NCBI GenBank assembly: GCA_002256025.1
Contig: NKIB01012180.1
Location: 1-64,000 of the forward strand
DNA: 64,000 nucleotides
DNA from: Asterionella formosa
Lineage: Eukaryota
Direction: 5' to 3'
The stretch's first letter is position 1; the number at the start of each line of letters is the position of its first letter. Positions 12,801 to 25,433 of this stretch are shown here, piece after piece. The notes beneath the pieces are model-generated. The model was not told the DNA's origin. It saw only the letters and a list, made by a program, of their open reading frames with translations, and did no database searches. The translations under genes and the position numbers were made by a program.

Positions 12801-13358
12801 ATGATGGCTGCCCACTCTTGCGACTATCCATCCAACCTGCCTGCCACGCAAGCACTGGAAAGATTATCGCATATGCCATCTCGAGAATATATCACGTCGA
12901 AGAAAATAACGTCCACTATTCCGAGGAACAAGAAATCGTCTGCTTTCGATTTGAGTGATCTCGTTTCCGCATCTCAGCCAGTTGAAGAATCGATTGCTTT
13001 TCCAATGATCGCGTGGGACAGTGATGAAGGCGATTCTGATGCCGACGATCGCGAGAGTTGCGCCCCCTCCAGCCTTACTTGTGATGACGAGGACCAGGAA
13101 CGCCTCTCCCGATCAGAATCGATGTCTTCACTTGGGAAGCGTGGTCGAGATGGAGGGACAGGAATGGTTCGCTCAAAATCGCAGAAGGTCAACCTCACCT
13201 CTCTCGCGGGCGGATCTGCCAGTGAAGCTCCGAGAAGGACTGGAAGCTGCTTTGAGTTTAATACCCCCTCGTCGGCCGGATCATTCCCCGTCCCCTTCCT
13301 TGACCAAAGCCAAAGATCCAGCAGAAGGCCCGCCTTCTTGACTCCTTTTGCTGCATAA
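12801..13358 (+). CDS. Hypothetical Ser-rich protein
   Basis: ORF from ATG 12801 with gene-island composition (CpG retained). Blocks IAFPMIAWDSD and GMVRSKS; no recognisable domain. Confidence 0.6.
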   Translation: MMAAHSCDYPSNLPATQALERLSHMPSREYITSKKITSTIPRNKKSSAFDLSDLVSASQPVEESIAFPMIAWDSDEGDSDADDRESCAPSSLTCDDEDQERLSRSESMSSLGKRGRDGGTGMVRSKSQKVNLTSLAGGSASEAPRRTGSCFEFNTPSSAGSFPVPFLDQSQRSSRRPAFLTPFAA

Positions 13359-14128
13359 CTTTTCATTCATACAAGTTTATGAGCTTGTACACATATACTG
13401 CTCTATCGCTTGACCCTATTGACACTTCGTAAATATTGTACAAACAGCAATCATGAAACCATCTCAAGGGAGCTTTTACAAATCATTTTAATCTTATTAC
13501 TGTCTCAATTTACCTTTCATTTGATCAATTAAATCTAGAGTGTAGTGCCACTCAATGTTTTTAGTCGGTCTTTCTAGACGTAGAAATGGTTGTCCATGTT
13601 CTTTCACTTATCATAGCATGGAATATGCTTCACGTGTCCTTGTTGTTCTGAGCAAGTCGATTCTGTGATGCCGATTTAAGCTCTGAGGGAGTCGGAATAT
13701 TAACGAAGGAAAAATATCGAGTATTGAAGATTGATTGTTCCCTTGAGCTATACAGGGATTGAAGTGTGATACCATCTTTTTACCACCGGTATTTGTTGAC
13801 CGAAGTTGAGTGCCGGGGGAAAGGGCTATCTGATTCCCTGAATTGCATAGAGTACACTTTCTCAAGACTTCAGAACACTATTCGTCGTCCGAAATCTGTA
13901 CAGCAGCACATACCGGTAGTTATTTCTATCAAGAGAGTTCTCTACTATGTATTTCAAGAAAGTTCTCAGCTGGATGAAGTATTATTAAGAAACGCAAGGG
14001 ACTATAAACAGTATATGGCAAGAAGTTCAAAAAGCATATGGCACAATACGAATTACTGAACACCTTAATTAAGTGACAATGATGGGAGGTCCTATTGATC
14101 GTTTAAATACCGCAAAGCGATAAACGCA

Positions 14129-15097
14129 TTATTCACTCTTAGCAGGAGCAGCAGCTTGCGACATTTCAACAATCAACGTCTTGATATCCTTTCGGTCGGC
14201 AGCGGGTCTGGGAAATGGTAATCGTAACTTGAATTGTTGAGGCTGATCAGAGGCTCGAGGCGTTCTTGTCACCTTGACGTACATCCCTAGGGCATCAACA
14301 CTAGTGATGAAAGCTTCCGAAACCTCTAATCCAGGAATAGCGTTGGCGACCATGGCAATAGTATTTTCCATGTGATCCTCGTTCATATGGTTGGCAATAT
14401 GTGATCCGAATTCTGAAATCGGATCAGGTTTGGCTTCTTTGTATTCTTCAGGGGTAACAGATCCAGCACGGGCAAACCCGCCAACGAAGCGGATCTTTTC
14501 TATTTCCATTCTGAAGAAATTAAAGTCACCGAATTCGACCCAGAAAGCGCCAGGGTGTTTCTTCAAGTATAGAGCTTTGGCAGAATCAACCTCGGAGGTG
14601 GGGAGAAGCTTGCATGTGCCCATTAGATTGACGCGACCATCAGCGGCTCCCTTGAACTCTTTCGAAGCAATGGTCAACGAGCACTTCGGATTAGCAAGAA
14701 TATCCTGTGTGTGAGTGGACATACCAGAAAAAATGAAGATTGGGCGGCCATCTTCGTCAGGAGCAAAGCCAACGACAGATCCACCTGGATATCCATCATC
14801 CGATTTGGAAATCGTGCTCATGACAGCGAATCCGTGATTATACTGAACCAACGTTCGAACATCCGTGGCCCAACCAAGTTTGGGTGCATTCTGCTGGTGC
14901 TCGGCAAAGGCAGCCTGGATCTTTGCTTCCTCTGGATCGATTTGCATGGGTGCGCTGCTCCGAACATCATGTCGAGGGTTGTTGAAAAGTCTGGAGGAGA
15001 AACGTTGTGCAGCAAGAGGAGCAAATGCTGCACTGTATCGGAATGATTGCATTCCGAAAACGGCGAGAAGCACGTGGGGAAATTGAGAGACTCGCAT
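14129..15097 (-). CDS. Plastid-targeted HugZ/HOZ-like split-barrel protein with DUF2470/GluTR-binding-type C-terminal domain
   Basis: SAAFAP bipartite presequence; GYPGGSVV, HTQDILANPKCSL, RFVGGFARAG, HMNEDH motifs. Confidence 0.85.
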   Translation of the reverse strand: MRVSQFPHVLLAVFGMQSFRYSAAFAPLAAQRFSSRLFNNPRHDVRSSAPMQIDPEEAKIQAAFAEHQQNAPKLGWATDVRTLVQYNHGFAVMSTISKSDDGYPGGSVVGFAPDEDGRPIFIFSGMSTHTQDILANPKCSLTIASKEFKGAADGRVNLMGTCKLLPTSEVDSAKALYLKKHPGAFWVEFGDFNFFRMEIEKIRFVGGFARAGSVTPEEYKEAKPDPISEFGSHIANHMNEDHMENTIAMVANAIPGLEVSEAFITSVDALGMYVKVTRTPRASDQPQQFKLRLPFPRPAADRKDIKTLIVEMSQAAAPAKSE

Positions 15098-15751
15098 GGT
15101 CGATGGAATGGTTTACATGGAATAAAACGGTTCACTGGTCGTACCAGGTACTCTCGACAGTGAGTATAGCGAACAATACAGTAAATAACATACCGGTATG
15201 TACCGAAAATCGCACTGATTTTTACATGACTGACTAAGAAAAGCTAAGCGAAGAACTCATCGTCGAAAATCCTACAAATTAGTTACGGTATTAACATTCT
15301 ACCGGTACCGGTACGCACAGTGATAATGATTGTAGTACTTTGTACTGTACTTGGTACCAGGTACCAGGTAGCACTACTTAGAGATTACCTGGTACCTGGT
15401 ACCAGGTACCCCTGGAAGGTCCGCAGCGCACGTTTTTTGCGCACCCAGGGTCATTAAGAAAATCTATGCTTCTTATTCGCAATTTCTAGTCGCTTTCAGC
15501 AGTTTCTGAGATAGTCGTCGTAGTACAGAGTACACCCTCCGTCCGGAAATACCAGGGTACGCCGGAGCACCAGGCCACATGTCTCCACGGGTATAGTACC
15601 TGGTACCAGGGTGGTAACAGTACATATACTGGTGTATATAATCTACAGGAATATATTTCGTGCTCAAAGCGACTGAATGCAACTCGCTTGTTTCTACAGG
15701 TAATAACTGTAGCAGACCTAACAGATGGCTCTGGCACCAAGATCATTGTGG

Positions 15752-17680
15752 ACTAGTATCTCCAGGGACAGCGTTGTCCTGATAGAACTAGCACGTTGGA
15801 ATGGACTAAGCAGGATCGCCCTTCCCCCTTAGCATCATGGAGGCTATGGAAGAAGATGCTTTTAAGATGCCTATGTACATCAAGTGCAACGTATAAACTT
15901 CGAAAACCATTGGGACCCTGGCTAACCCAAGCCTGTAAGCATCTAAAATGGAGGTTCCATTTGGATGGGACAACTATGGATTTAATCCGACAAACAGAGG
16001 AAGGTATCTTTTTGGTTCATCAACAATGCCACTCAGCATGAGTTTACTCTCTCATACATATAATGTCACTTTTACACGACCTCAACACTTAATTCCAGTT
16101 TCAATTCATAAAACTTCCACCAAGTATTGTGAGATAACAGAATATCCCTGGACAGGCGGATTTCCTTGAACCTTTGGACAATATTGAGGATTAAAACAAG
16201 GGCTGCTATCACAAACTCAACACTCCTCAAACACTTTCAAATCTTTCCTGGAACAGGCGATGGGGGACTTTGTTCTTCTCAAGGACCTGGCTCTCTTCAG
16301 CAAAAACCTAGTTTCTGGCCATGTACTAGTCTTGGCCTCTGATGGCTCCTTAATTGCCAACCCGGAGAGTGCCTCGCATGGTTGGAAGTTATATGATCGC
16401 CGATCAAAAACACAGGCTTATGGGCATGGGTGGTGGGTCACAAGCGGGGGCCAAGATATGTCCTCACTACGAGCCGAGATGAGGGACTTTTAGGCGGCAT
16501 GGCAGCCATCTCACATATTTTACAACTCGACCCCACTACGATTCGCTTGTCACAAATTACCCTTGATGTTTATATGGATAACTCTGCACTTATCTCCTGG
16601 ATAAATCAGTGGAGACATGGCGGCCCCTCTAGTACGCTTCTCACCGACTACGACTTTTTTCAAGTAACAATGAAACTAGCAGATGAGTTACAGATTAATT
16701 TGGTACCTCATCACGTCAAGGCCCATCAAGACGACGACTGCCCATATGACTTATTACCTTGGCAGGCCAAAATGAATGTCGACTGTGATCTTCAAGCAGC
16801 TCAGGTCAGAAGATGCACAACATGCAAGGGGGTTTCCAGATCCTACACTCTACCACCTGGCCACAAAGCCACCTTACAAATCGGAACTAGCTACATACAT
16901 TACCTCTCACTTACCAATGGCAGTCCGTATTGCGATGTAAAAAGAAGAAATGAAAAAGCATATCATGAAACTCGCAGGATGGAACACCCATATTGTGTTT
17001 GACATGGTAGATTGGGAAGCTCGAAATCATGCTAGCAAAAACTTTAGGGGATCCAAGCAGATGACAATATTTAAACTGGAATTCGAACTCTTGGCGACCT
17101 TTAAACATCGCATCAAATACAATAGGACAGTGGAAAATCGGTGCGTCCGCTGTAAACCCTCAAATGAAGATTTTAACCATATCCTTCGATGCCAGCAAGC
17201 AATACCCTACAGGAATAAGTTGATGCAGCAGTTAAATGAGTAGTGTCTCAAGAGAACATCCTCTTGCCCATATACAGCACAAAAATTCAAGATGGGTATT
17301 GATCAGTGGCTTAACAATGAACCAGCGCGATGGGTCGGACCAATACCCATGGACAAAGTGGGGAGGCTTACGTTTGAGGCCTTTGTGAACCAAATCGACA
17401 TAGGATGGGATCAAGCCTTCCTTGGAAGAATCAGTAAAAATTGGAATAGGGCCACAAGGGAGTATCATAATGAAAGAGGTCTGGGAGAACCACAGCCCCA
17501 ACTGACGGGTAGTTGGAACGAAAGTGTTATTAGAGAATTATGGCAGATAGGAACCAACTGCTGGATACATCGGAACGAGGAATTATATGGCAAGACTGAA
17601 GAAGAACAATTGGCAAAATTGATGAAAGAGGTCGATGAAAAGATTCTTGCAGACAACAAATGCTTATGTACCACCAGGTT
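15752..17680 (+). mobile_element. Degenerate 5'-truncated non-LTR retrotransposon (RNase H and CCHC zinc-finger region)
   Basis: Frameshifted ORF chain with RNase H motifs LASDGS, SSLRAE, YMDNS, HVKAHQD, NVDCD, then CVRC-x7-NHILRC, IGWDQAFLGRIS and W..RN. No RT domain seen; ends approximate. Confidence 0.85.
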
Positions 17681-18650
17681 ACGATACCAGGTAACTGGTA
17701 GTCTATATTTGTTGATACACTCACTGTATGCACGACATCTCTATTTGATATGGCCTAGTACCTATGTAGTCTAGGCCACTAGCCATAGGTTACTATTACC
17801 ATGAATGTCCCTCAATGCAAATATTTGTACTACTAGGGTTCAATGCATTAAAATATCTAATTCCAGGGTAGCTAGTATACTGCTGTATTATAAACCTCAT
17901 TGGCTAGTTTTGTTGTTATCAAACAATAATTGAGGAAGAACTGTTCTTCCTTATCTGTTGATTGTGAGCAGACCATTGTCCAGTTCAAGTAAATTGACTC
18001 CCTGAATCAATCCAACTCTCACTTTTCCTTGCCTTATTTCAGATTCAGATAATTCATCTAGATTATTGTTACATGTCATGATTACAAACTTTTTCCATTC
18101 ACCTAGCTTGCTAGCTAGCTAGCATCATCATAACTTACCTTGATTTCCTATGCCCAAGCCTCATTGCAGATAATTATTTTCATCTAAAATTTTTTGGTCA
18201 TCAGCTCTTGATTGAGATACTTTATTCATCAATTGTGAATGCTTACTTATATATTCTTCCAAACATTCCAAACATTGTATGCCAGCAGCTACAACACATC
18301 TAAATACACAAGTGCTTGTGCTAGCAGTACCTGGTACTGGTACCAGGTACCAGGGTCAGGACTGGTCGTCTCATACCGTGCTGGAATACGAGTCGACTCC
18401 CACGAGCCGACTCCATGTTTGGAGATATGTACGACATTCTGCAAGTATCACGAATGCAATGATGCTTTACACTACGCCACAATATGCAAATGCCATCGTT
18501 GGCAAGAAGATGCATACAATCACAAAGAATGGATATTCGACCATCGCGGGGCTTGCCCTCGAAGCACATCGATCAACCTAAATGCTCTTCATTGCTGTGC
18601 TTACCATTTAGATTTTTCGTCTATGAATACCTCGTGAATGGTGATAGTCG

Positions 18651-19820
18651 ATGAGTGACGGAAATATGGATGCTTCCTTCGTAGCAAAACGAAGAGGGAA
18701 GCGAGGACAGTCAAAAGATTCTCCTCATGCAGTGGAACCCGAAACTAAAGATGCAAGTCAGAAACAACGAATGACGAACCGTCGACTTTGTCGTCGTGAT
18801 ATCACACTTGTTGCCCTTTTATTGGGATTATTCCCTGCCTATTCTGCGTATCGATGCATCCAAGACCAGCCTTTGATGCGACGGCGATATCGAGTCGTCG
18901 TTTCGCTCGCGACGATCCCAAGTCGACTACAACATCTTAAGCCAACTCTAGAGTCGCTGATTTATCATCAAAGTCAGCAGCCAGATATGGTTTACTTGAC
19001 ACTACCCGAAAAGCAAGGATACGGAAGCAAAAGAAAATTAAATTATGTGATTCCAGACTTCGTAAACAAATTTGTCCGTGAACGAAAGCTGCTGGTTTTG
19101 AAACCAGAATTCGACTACGGGCCCATTACAAAGATCCTGTACGCGCTTGAAATGGAATCCTACGATACCAGGATAATTTATGTTGACGACGATGTGATAT
19201 ATGGTCGGCACTTGGTTTATGGTCTTTACAAGAAGGCTGCAGAGTTTGAAAGTTCTGCTGTTGCCTTTAATGGAGCAAGCTTGCGAGACAATTTTAGGCA
19301 AGTCAAGCATACCACACCGTCTTTCGATCGGCATCCCAATCTATTTTTCCAAACATCTGGAACCAATTCGTTCTATGGTGAAAAACCAATCGATGTTGCT
19401 TCTGGGTTTGCTGGCGTATGTGTCCAGCGTCGCTTCTTTGATATTCCCAAGCTGCAAAAACTGGTTCAAGAAGACCTTCCAGACGGAGTCCGCAAGTCGG
19501 AAGATTTCATACTTTCGGCTCACTTGGAGTGGCGCAACGTTACTCGCATGGTTGTTGCAGGTGGTTCTGCGCCCAACTTCAATCCAGTATACAGCAACAT
19601 TGATCGATTGTCGACTTCTATGCATGACAATGCAATTGACGCCGCTTTTTTTCTTCAACAAAAACTAGGCATTTGGACGAACTTTCAGTTTTTGGAAAGA
19701 GAAGATCTTTCTGAAGATGAGAAGGATGCGATTGACTGTGAAGCAGGACATGAAGAACGGTGCAGAAAGAACTACGAAAAGCTGATACAGCAAATAGAAG
19801 ATAGACAAGCTGTTGCATAG
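18651..19820 (+). CDS. Type II membrane GT-A-fold glycosyltransferase (GT2-like)
   Basis: Single N-terminal TM; VVSLATIPSRL, DYGPITK and the DxD motif in IIYVDDD. Confidence 0.8.
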   Translation: MSDGNMDASFVAKRRGKRGQSKDSPHAVEPETKDASQKQRMTNRRLCRRDITLVALLLGLFPAYSAYRCIQDQPLMRRRYRVVVSLATIPSRLQHLKPTLESLIYHQSQQPDMVYLTLPEKQGYGSKRKLNYVIPDFVNKFVRERKLLVLKPEFDYGPITKILYALEMESYDTRIIYVDDDVIYGRHLVYGLYKKAAEFESSAVAFNGASLRDNFRQVKHTTPSFDRHPNLFFQTSGTNSFYGEKPIDVASGFAGVCVQRRFFDIPKLQKLVQEDLPDGVRKSEDFILSAHLEWRNVTRMVVAGGSAPNFNPVYSNIDRLSTSMHDNAIDAAFFLQQKLGIWTNFQFLEREDLSEDEKDAIDCEAGHEERCRKNYEKLIQQIEDRQAVA

Positions 19821-19888
19821 CAGTGTTTTACCACTTTACAGCATCCACTAAATGCCTTCTACCGTAGCCTCTAGAAATTGCGTTTCGT

Positions 19889-20734
19889 CTAGCTTCCGCC
19901 ACCGACATAACTCTCCGCAGTTGGCCCAGTGTTTCCGGCAGCAACGATTGGTCCTAGGGCCTCTCCCAACTCCTTCACGCTCTTGGCGACCTCACCTCGA
20001 TAAAAATACTGCCTGAGTTTATCGTCGCGTAAGTTCATGGATCCACGAGACCGAGCAGGGATCGGCTGTGCTTGCTCGACCCATGCAAGGAATCGATCAA
20101 GGTGAGCATTAACAATACTGTCAGCGGCCTCCTTCGATAGCCCTCCTACAGCAATTCGGACGGGACTGGCAAGGAGACGCTCTTCAAAAGATCCTTGGGG
20201 AATCAAAGGCTGATTGCCTTCGTAATTGAAAGCTTGAGTCCAGGCCGCTGTGACATCTCCACCGTAGAACATATTCACGTATTGAGGGTTGCTTCCAATG
20301 GGTGTATCTCCTCGAACGACATAGTCCGCAGCGACTGCGTACTTCCCATTAGCCTGCTCCCCATATGTCATGAGCATATGAGGCACCTCATATGAAGGTC
20401 CCATCCAGACATTAACGGTCAATTTCTCGTTTGTTCCGTCCCTATTTACACTTGTACAAAGCGACACTCCGGTAAGATACTTGGGGCTGGCCTCCGTCAT
20501 CCACTCCGCGGTTCCAGCAACACCACTATTAGTGCAGGACCATTTATTGACATTGTAGGATTCGGTGAAATCAGTCGGTTGGAGACCAAGCTTCTCAACA
20601 AGCTTATTGCTCATGGCATCGTAAGTAGGCTTCATGCTCATGGCAAGCTCAGATGTACTTGAAGTGTACTTAGTTAAAGCAAAGCCGTCCGCCACGACCA
20701 GCAGGCCGAACAAGGAAGCTATGGTGAACCTCAT
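19889..20734 (-). CDS. Plastid-targeted red chlorophyll catabolite reductase (RCCR)-like protein
   Basis: Start MRFTIASL...ADGFA presequence at 20734. Pattern VPHML, D..VRGD...NPQY..FY, S...RLLASP, RDDKLR parallels plant RCCR (recalled, not searched). Confidence 0.7.
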   Translation of the reverse strand: MRFTIASLFGLLVVADGFALTKYTSSTSELAMSMKPTYDAMSNKLVEKLGLQPTDFTESYNVNKWSCTNSGVAGTAEWMTEASPKYLTGVSLCTSVNRDGTNEKLTVNVWMGPSYEVPHMLMTYGEQANGKYAVAADYVVRGDTPIGSNPQYVNMFYGGDVTAAWTQAFNYEGNQPLIPQGSFEERLLASPVRIAVGGLSKEAADSIVNAHLDRFLAWVEQAQPIPARSRGSMNLRDDKLRQYFYRGEVAKSVKELGEALGPIVAAGNTGPTAESYVGGGS

Positions 20735-21711
20735 GATGTAATTGTCGTTCAGCGATAGGGAGATTGTGTCTTGGAATGTTGGGATCAATATTGCTGAACT
20801 TCAAATCAGCCAAAACCTTCCTCTCATTACCAGCAACTGAAAAGTGATTAACTCTGCCAAATTGCTTGTTTGTTTTACATGCATAATGCGGCATTTCATA
20901 CACATACATGAAACCGTGACGAAATCTAAGTCAATGTACCTACTGGTATTACATGCTGGGAACTCAGTAACCTGGTACACCCTCGTCTATAGTAGCGGTA
21001 CCTGGCACCCTTGTACCTGGTACTACAAGTCGCTCTGCCTTTGCTGAGCGATGATTTTGTTCCGACACCGGGGAGGGAGAGGAGGATGCTGAGGAAAGAC
21101 GATGATCTGGTACCTGGTACTCTGTTCGTACATACATACGGTAAATCCTCTGACGTATTATACAGACACAGACAGGCGTACAACATATTTTGCTGCCAAG
21201 GCTGCAAACGAGGATGATGAAAAAATTGTCCTATTCACCATATATGCCGGCACATACCGGTACATACATATGCATCATACATTCATGTGATAGATAGCAA
21301 AAGTGATGCTGTGTTTGTAGCGATCATGTTGCCTCACACTTTGCCCTTGTTGCATGGTGCCTTTCCACGTGGAGAATTCTTGGTTGATGCGTTGATGCTA
21401 TGCATACACATACGCATACGTAAGCTAAGCAATACTGTACTGACATAAAATCATTGTAACAGTATTACCGGCATCTATACTACATACCGGTAACTGGTAC
21501 CTACTAGCTAATCTGGAAAACGCCATTCGTTTTGTTCCGGTACCTGGTACTACCTCCTGGTATCCTCCGCCTCCGACAAATAGAAGAGCGGGATCTGTCT
21601 CTCGGATGATGCATTTTACCAGGAAGTACTCGGCAACCGATCCAGACATGGCAGTTTTCGAAATTCAATAATATTCATAACTTCCTTTGCTACTCTTTTC
21701 CTTGTTTAAGA

Positions 21712-22938
21712 ATGAGGTTTCTGATTGGAAGTACTCTTGTCCTGCCTGTTTTATCGGCATTTGTGACACAGTCGACAACGCTGTGCGCGATGACAGAAAA
21801 GCCGTCAACTACTTTTCTGCACATGGCAAGACACGACCAAGAAAGTATGATGCAAAAAGGACTGCATGCCTTAGCAACTTTTGGCATGGGCCTCACATTG
21901 GCATCCTCGAGCTTCTTTGGAAGCACAGCTGCATTCGCAGACACTGCCGCCAGTGCTGCGGCCAAGTATGATGGCTTCGCTGAGTATGCCAAAGAGAATC
22001 AAATGGAACAATCCGACGTCGGATGCTTTGTGAATAAATGTGGTGATCAGACCAAAGAGTTATTTTCGAACCCACGAGGCATCAAGGGTGTGTCGTGCTT
22101 AGGTCGGTGCAAGGGTGAACAAGCATGTGCTACTCGATGCTTTGCTGAGTTTGGATCAGAAACTTTGAATAACTGGTTGAGTTGCACTATTGAAGAAAAC
22201 GAGTGCGTCAAGGTGCCGAAGAATATTGACAACAGTGCAGAAGACTTGGGCTATACAAATGTTGTTCAGAAATTTGACCCGAAAACACTGATCGGAACTT
22301 GGTATAAGACGGATGGTCTTAACCCCAATTACGATCTCTTTCCTTGCCAATCGAATACATTCAAGGCTTCGGAGGGATTTCCTGATGCGTCCGAGCTCGA
22401 CATGGCTATCTTCCTTCGAATTTCGCGACCGGAAGAGCTAGGAGGCGGTTACTGGGAAAATGCTCTTTCTGAGCACATGGTTGTTGATTCTGCATCATCG
22501 AATAAAAATATTCCCAATCCGTCAGGGAGAACAATGCACACCGCAGGGAAAATGTATGGATTGACTTTCAACGAAAACTGGTTCATCGTTGGAGAGAGTG
22601 ATGGCAGCAACGGAATTCCTGAATTCAAGCTAGTTGCTTACAAGGGTCACACGCTTCAAGGTAACTATGATGGAAGCTTTGTATATGCTAAGGAGTCCAT
22701 TCTCCCTGAAGCTGCCATCCCTGCTGTGAGAGAGGCTGCCGCTAAAGCTGGGTTGGACTTCGACAAGTTTACCCACATTGACAACACATGCCCTGCTGAT
22801 GGTTCACTAAATGACGCAGCCGCAGGAACAGGTACTTCAACAACCGACTGGGTTGACTTAGTTGTTGGTGAAGGTGGAGTAATTGATTGGGTTTTCCCGG
22901 GATGGCGAGGTGAATACAAGAATAAGCCCTTGAGCTAA
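21712..22938 (+). CDS. VDL1: Violaxanthin de-epoxidase-like protein, VDL1 type
   Basis: LSAF presequence, Cys-rich domain (CFVNKC...CLGRC...CATRCF...C..ENEC), lipocalin motif GTWYKTDGLNPNYDLFPCQ, and C-terminus GGVIDWVFPGWRGEYK as I recall from diatom VDL1. Confidence 0.88.
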   Translation: MRFLIGSTLVLPVLSAFVTQSTTLCAMTEKPSTTFLHMARHDQESMMQKGLHALATFGMGLTLASSSFFGSTAAFADTAASAAAKYDGFAEYAKENQMEQSDVGCFVNKCGDQTKELFSNPRGIKGVSCLGRCKGEQACATRCFAEFGSETLNNWLSCTIEENECVKVPKNIDNSAEDLGYTNVVQKFDPKTLIGTWYKTDGLNPNYDLFPCQSNTFKASEGFPDASELDMAIFLRISRPEELGGGYWENALSEHMVVDSASSNKNIPNPSGRTMHTAGKMYGLTFNENWFIVGESDGSNGIPEFKLVAYKGHTLQGNYDGSFVYAKESILPEAAIPAVREAAAKAGLDFDKFTHIDNTCPADGSLNDAAAGTGTSTTDWVDLVVGEGGVIDWVFPGWRGEYKNKPLS

Positions 22939-23435
22939 CTTCGTCTATTCCAGTGATTAATGATGTTTTCAACAATTGTGATATGCTAGTTGCACATGCC
23001 ACGACAAAGGTTAACAACACAATGAATTTTCAAATATTGTGATATGTTAGTTTGCGCTTGCGATGGCAAAGGTTCAAAACAACTTATTGGGCAACTCGAA
23101 CTTCAGGTACAACAGAAGGCAAACAAGTCATGGTCACGGTGAATGACAACTTGGTTGATTTAGATGCATGTGAAGGCGGAGTTGTTGATTGGGTTTCCTC
23201 CAGCATGACCCTGGATACAGCGATTACGCCATCAGATAACTTCGATTGCCATGAGCTACAAGTTCGCTTAATCGAGCCATTTATGAAGTTATTATTTTTG
23301 TGATATGCTAGCTTAAATATGCCACTGCAATGGCTGAAAACAACTTGGCAGGCAAGTCCACTTGCAGCGATACTGACAAATGGCATACCAAATATGGCAC
23401 AGCGAATGACAAAACTAAGCTAGCTCTGATAAATA

Positions 23436-25433
23436 CTATATGTTTTCAGGTTGTGCTCCTTTCAGATTCGATGGTCGTCTTGGCTTGTCGTCCTTTCGTT
23501 CTTTTACTGGTTTCCTTTGCCTTCGCCTTCCTTCGCTACCGCTATCAGGAGTCGGTACAAGGTTTAATCCTTCCATTTCGGCTACAATATTAGTCTCAGG
23601 ACTATCACCGTTGCGAAAATATTCATTAAAAGAATCTCGAGTACGATCGACAACTTCGGGTGGATCGCCGGATCCTCCCCAAGCAGCAGAAACATCAAAA
23701 GCCTCGAACGCACTCTTCTTGCCTTCTTCCGTCGTGACAGTCTCTTGATCGAACGAAGAGAAAGCATCCACGCCATCTTCGGGATTATCAGCTGCAATAT
23801 GAAATAGGTAATGTTGACGTGAGATACTGATATGATGAAGATATTAATTTCAAACCAATTATCATCCAACTTACTCTGGACTGCGGCAAACGGATTGTGA
23901 GACGTAGAAAAGGCAAGGTCTTCATCAACACCTAGTGAAACGTTTTGTTCAGGGATTGGAAAGTTTGAGAAAGATGCATCGAACATGACATCATCGGGTA
24001 ACGGTGAAGTTTCCGTGGATTGGGCAGCTCGCCTTCGTCGCGCAGCAGCAGAGTTAGGGTTTAGCTTTTTGGCCTGGAAAAATGAGAGTGTTAGGTACTT
24101 CTTTCAACAAAAAGTATTCTTTCATGGAAGTGACATACCTCTACCGGTCTCTTTGGTTCTGACATCTTCTTTTTGGTATAAACTCCTTGTCCAGTGGTTC
24201 TGTAATTACCAACACGTTCTTCCTTGTCATCTTCGTCTTCTTCCTGTACCTCAGTTCCAGCCTCGGCCTTTTTGGATTTTGAAGGTTTCTTTCGCGGCGG
24301 CAACGGCTTGCCGGAATATATGGCAGACAGACACAAAATTACTTCTGTCATATCCGCCCTGGCTTTCCATTCCACAGTGAGCATTCGGTCCAATAGCTCG
24401 GCAAGGCCGTCACCATACGGATTATCGTCGGGAATCTTGTAATTCCTTGACAAAATGGCCAGATTTGAACCTTCCTCGAAGCAATTCTGGAGGAAGGCCA
24501 AGGAATAAAGACAGCAACCCAAAGCCCACACATCTGTGGTTTGAGTCAGTCGCTTAGCCATGTAAAGATCGACCATTTCCGGTGCACGAAACATCTGAGT
24601 TGTGGTTTTTTGAATGACATCTTCTGCTTCCGCCCGTGCTTGTTGCGTCTTTAGCTCAACGTGTCCAAACACTGCTGATCCGAAATCACAAAGTTTATAG
24701 GCGCCATTCTTCACCAGGAAATTCACCGGCTTCAAGTCTCTGTGAACAATCGGCGGTCTCTGCGCGTGAAGGTAAGAAACTGCGTTGCAGATCTGTCCAA
24801 AAGCAATAATCAATGCTGATAAGTCAAACCTCTGACCTGCTGCCGCAAGCTTGTTGCACACATCGAGCGCGTGCCCTCCTTCACAGTACTCCATCAGGAT
24901 CATGTGCTGCGGTCTGCCGTCTTTCCCATTTGCACCAGCGCCTGCGTCTCGATCTTTGCTGGCACCGACAAGTCTTTCGGCGATTCCCATGGGACCCGAC
25001 GCCGTTCGATAGCATGCATCATACATCTTTATTATAGATGGGTGGCTGAGTCTCGACAACAATTTTGCCTCCTTCTCTGCAATATCTCGTTGCTGTCGCG
25101 AACGAATAGAAGTCACTTTGAGCACCAAAAATGCCATGTCACTCTGTGAAGACCCATTTCCAGTCTTTGAAGGGTCACTTTGCCTATCTTGCAGCGCATC
25201 TTTGTCAGATGACGTATCTTTGACCAAATATACATACGAAAAGCCACCTATGGTGCGGACCAAAGAGTGTTAGAATGGTGACGGAAAGGTAAACAGATTG
25301 TGGGTGGGTAACTTGAATCAGTCAGTTGCTCACCTTCGCCAAGAAGTTTGGAAACCTTCACTGTCCGGTGATTTAAAACAATACTTTCGCCAACTAGCGA
25401 AGAACCGAGGCCGCCGTCGTCTCGTCGTTGCAT
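23436..25433 (-). CDS. NAK-family Ser/Thr kinase (AAK1/BMP2K/GAK-like), 4 exons
   Basis: Exons 25433-25334, 25247-24139, 24073-23875, 23791-23436 with GT-AG introns. Splicing restores LGEGGFSYVY; HRDLKPVN, KLCDFGSA, TTQMFRAPEMVDL, DVWALGC. Tail has NPF and DAF motifs. Confidence 0.9.
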
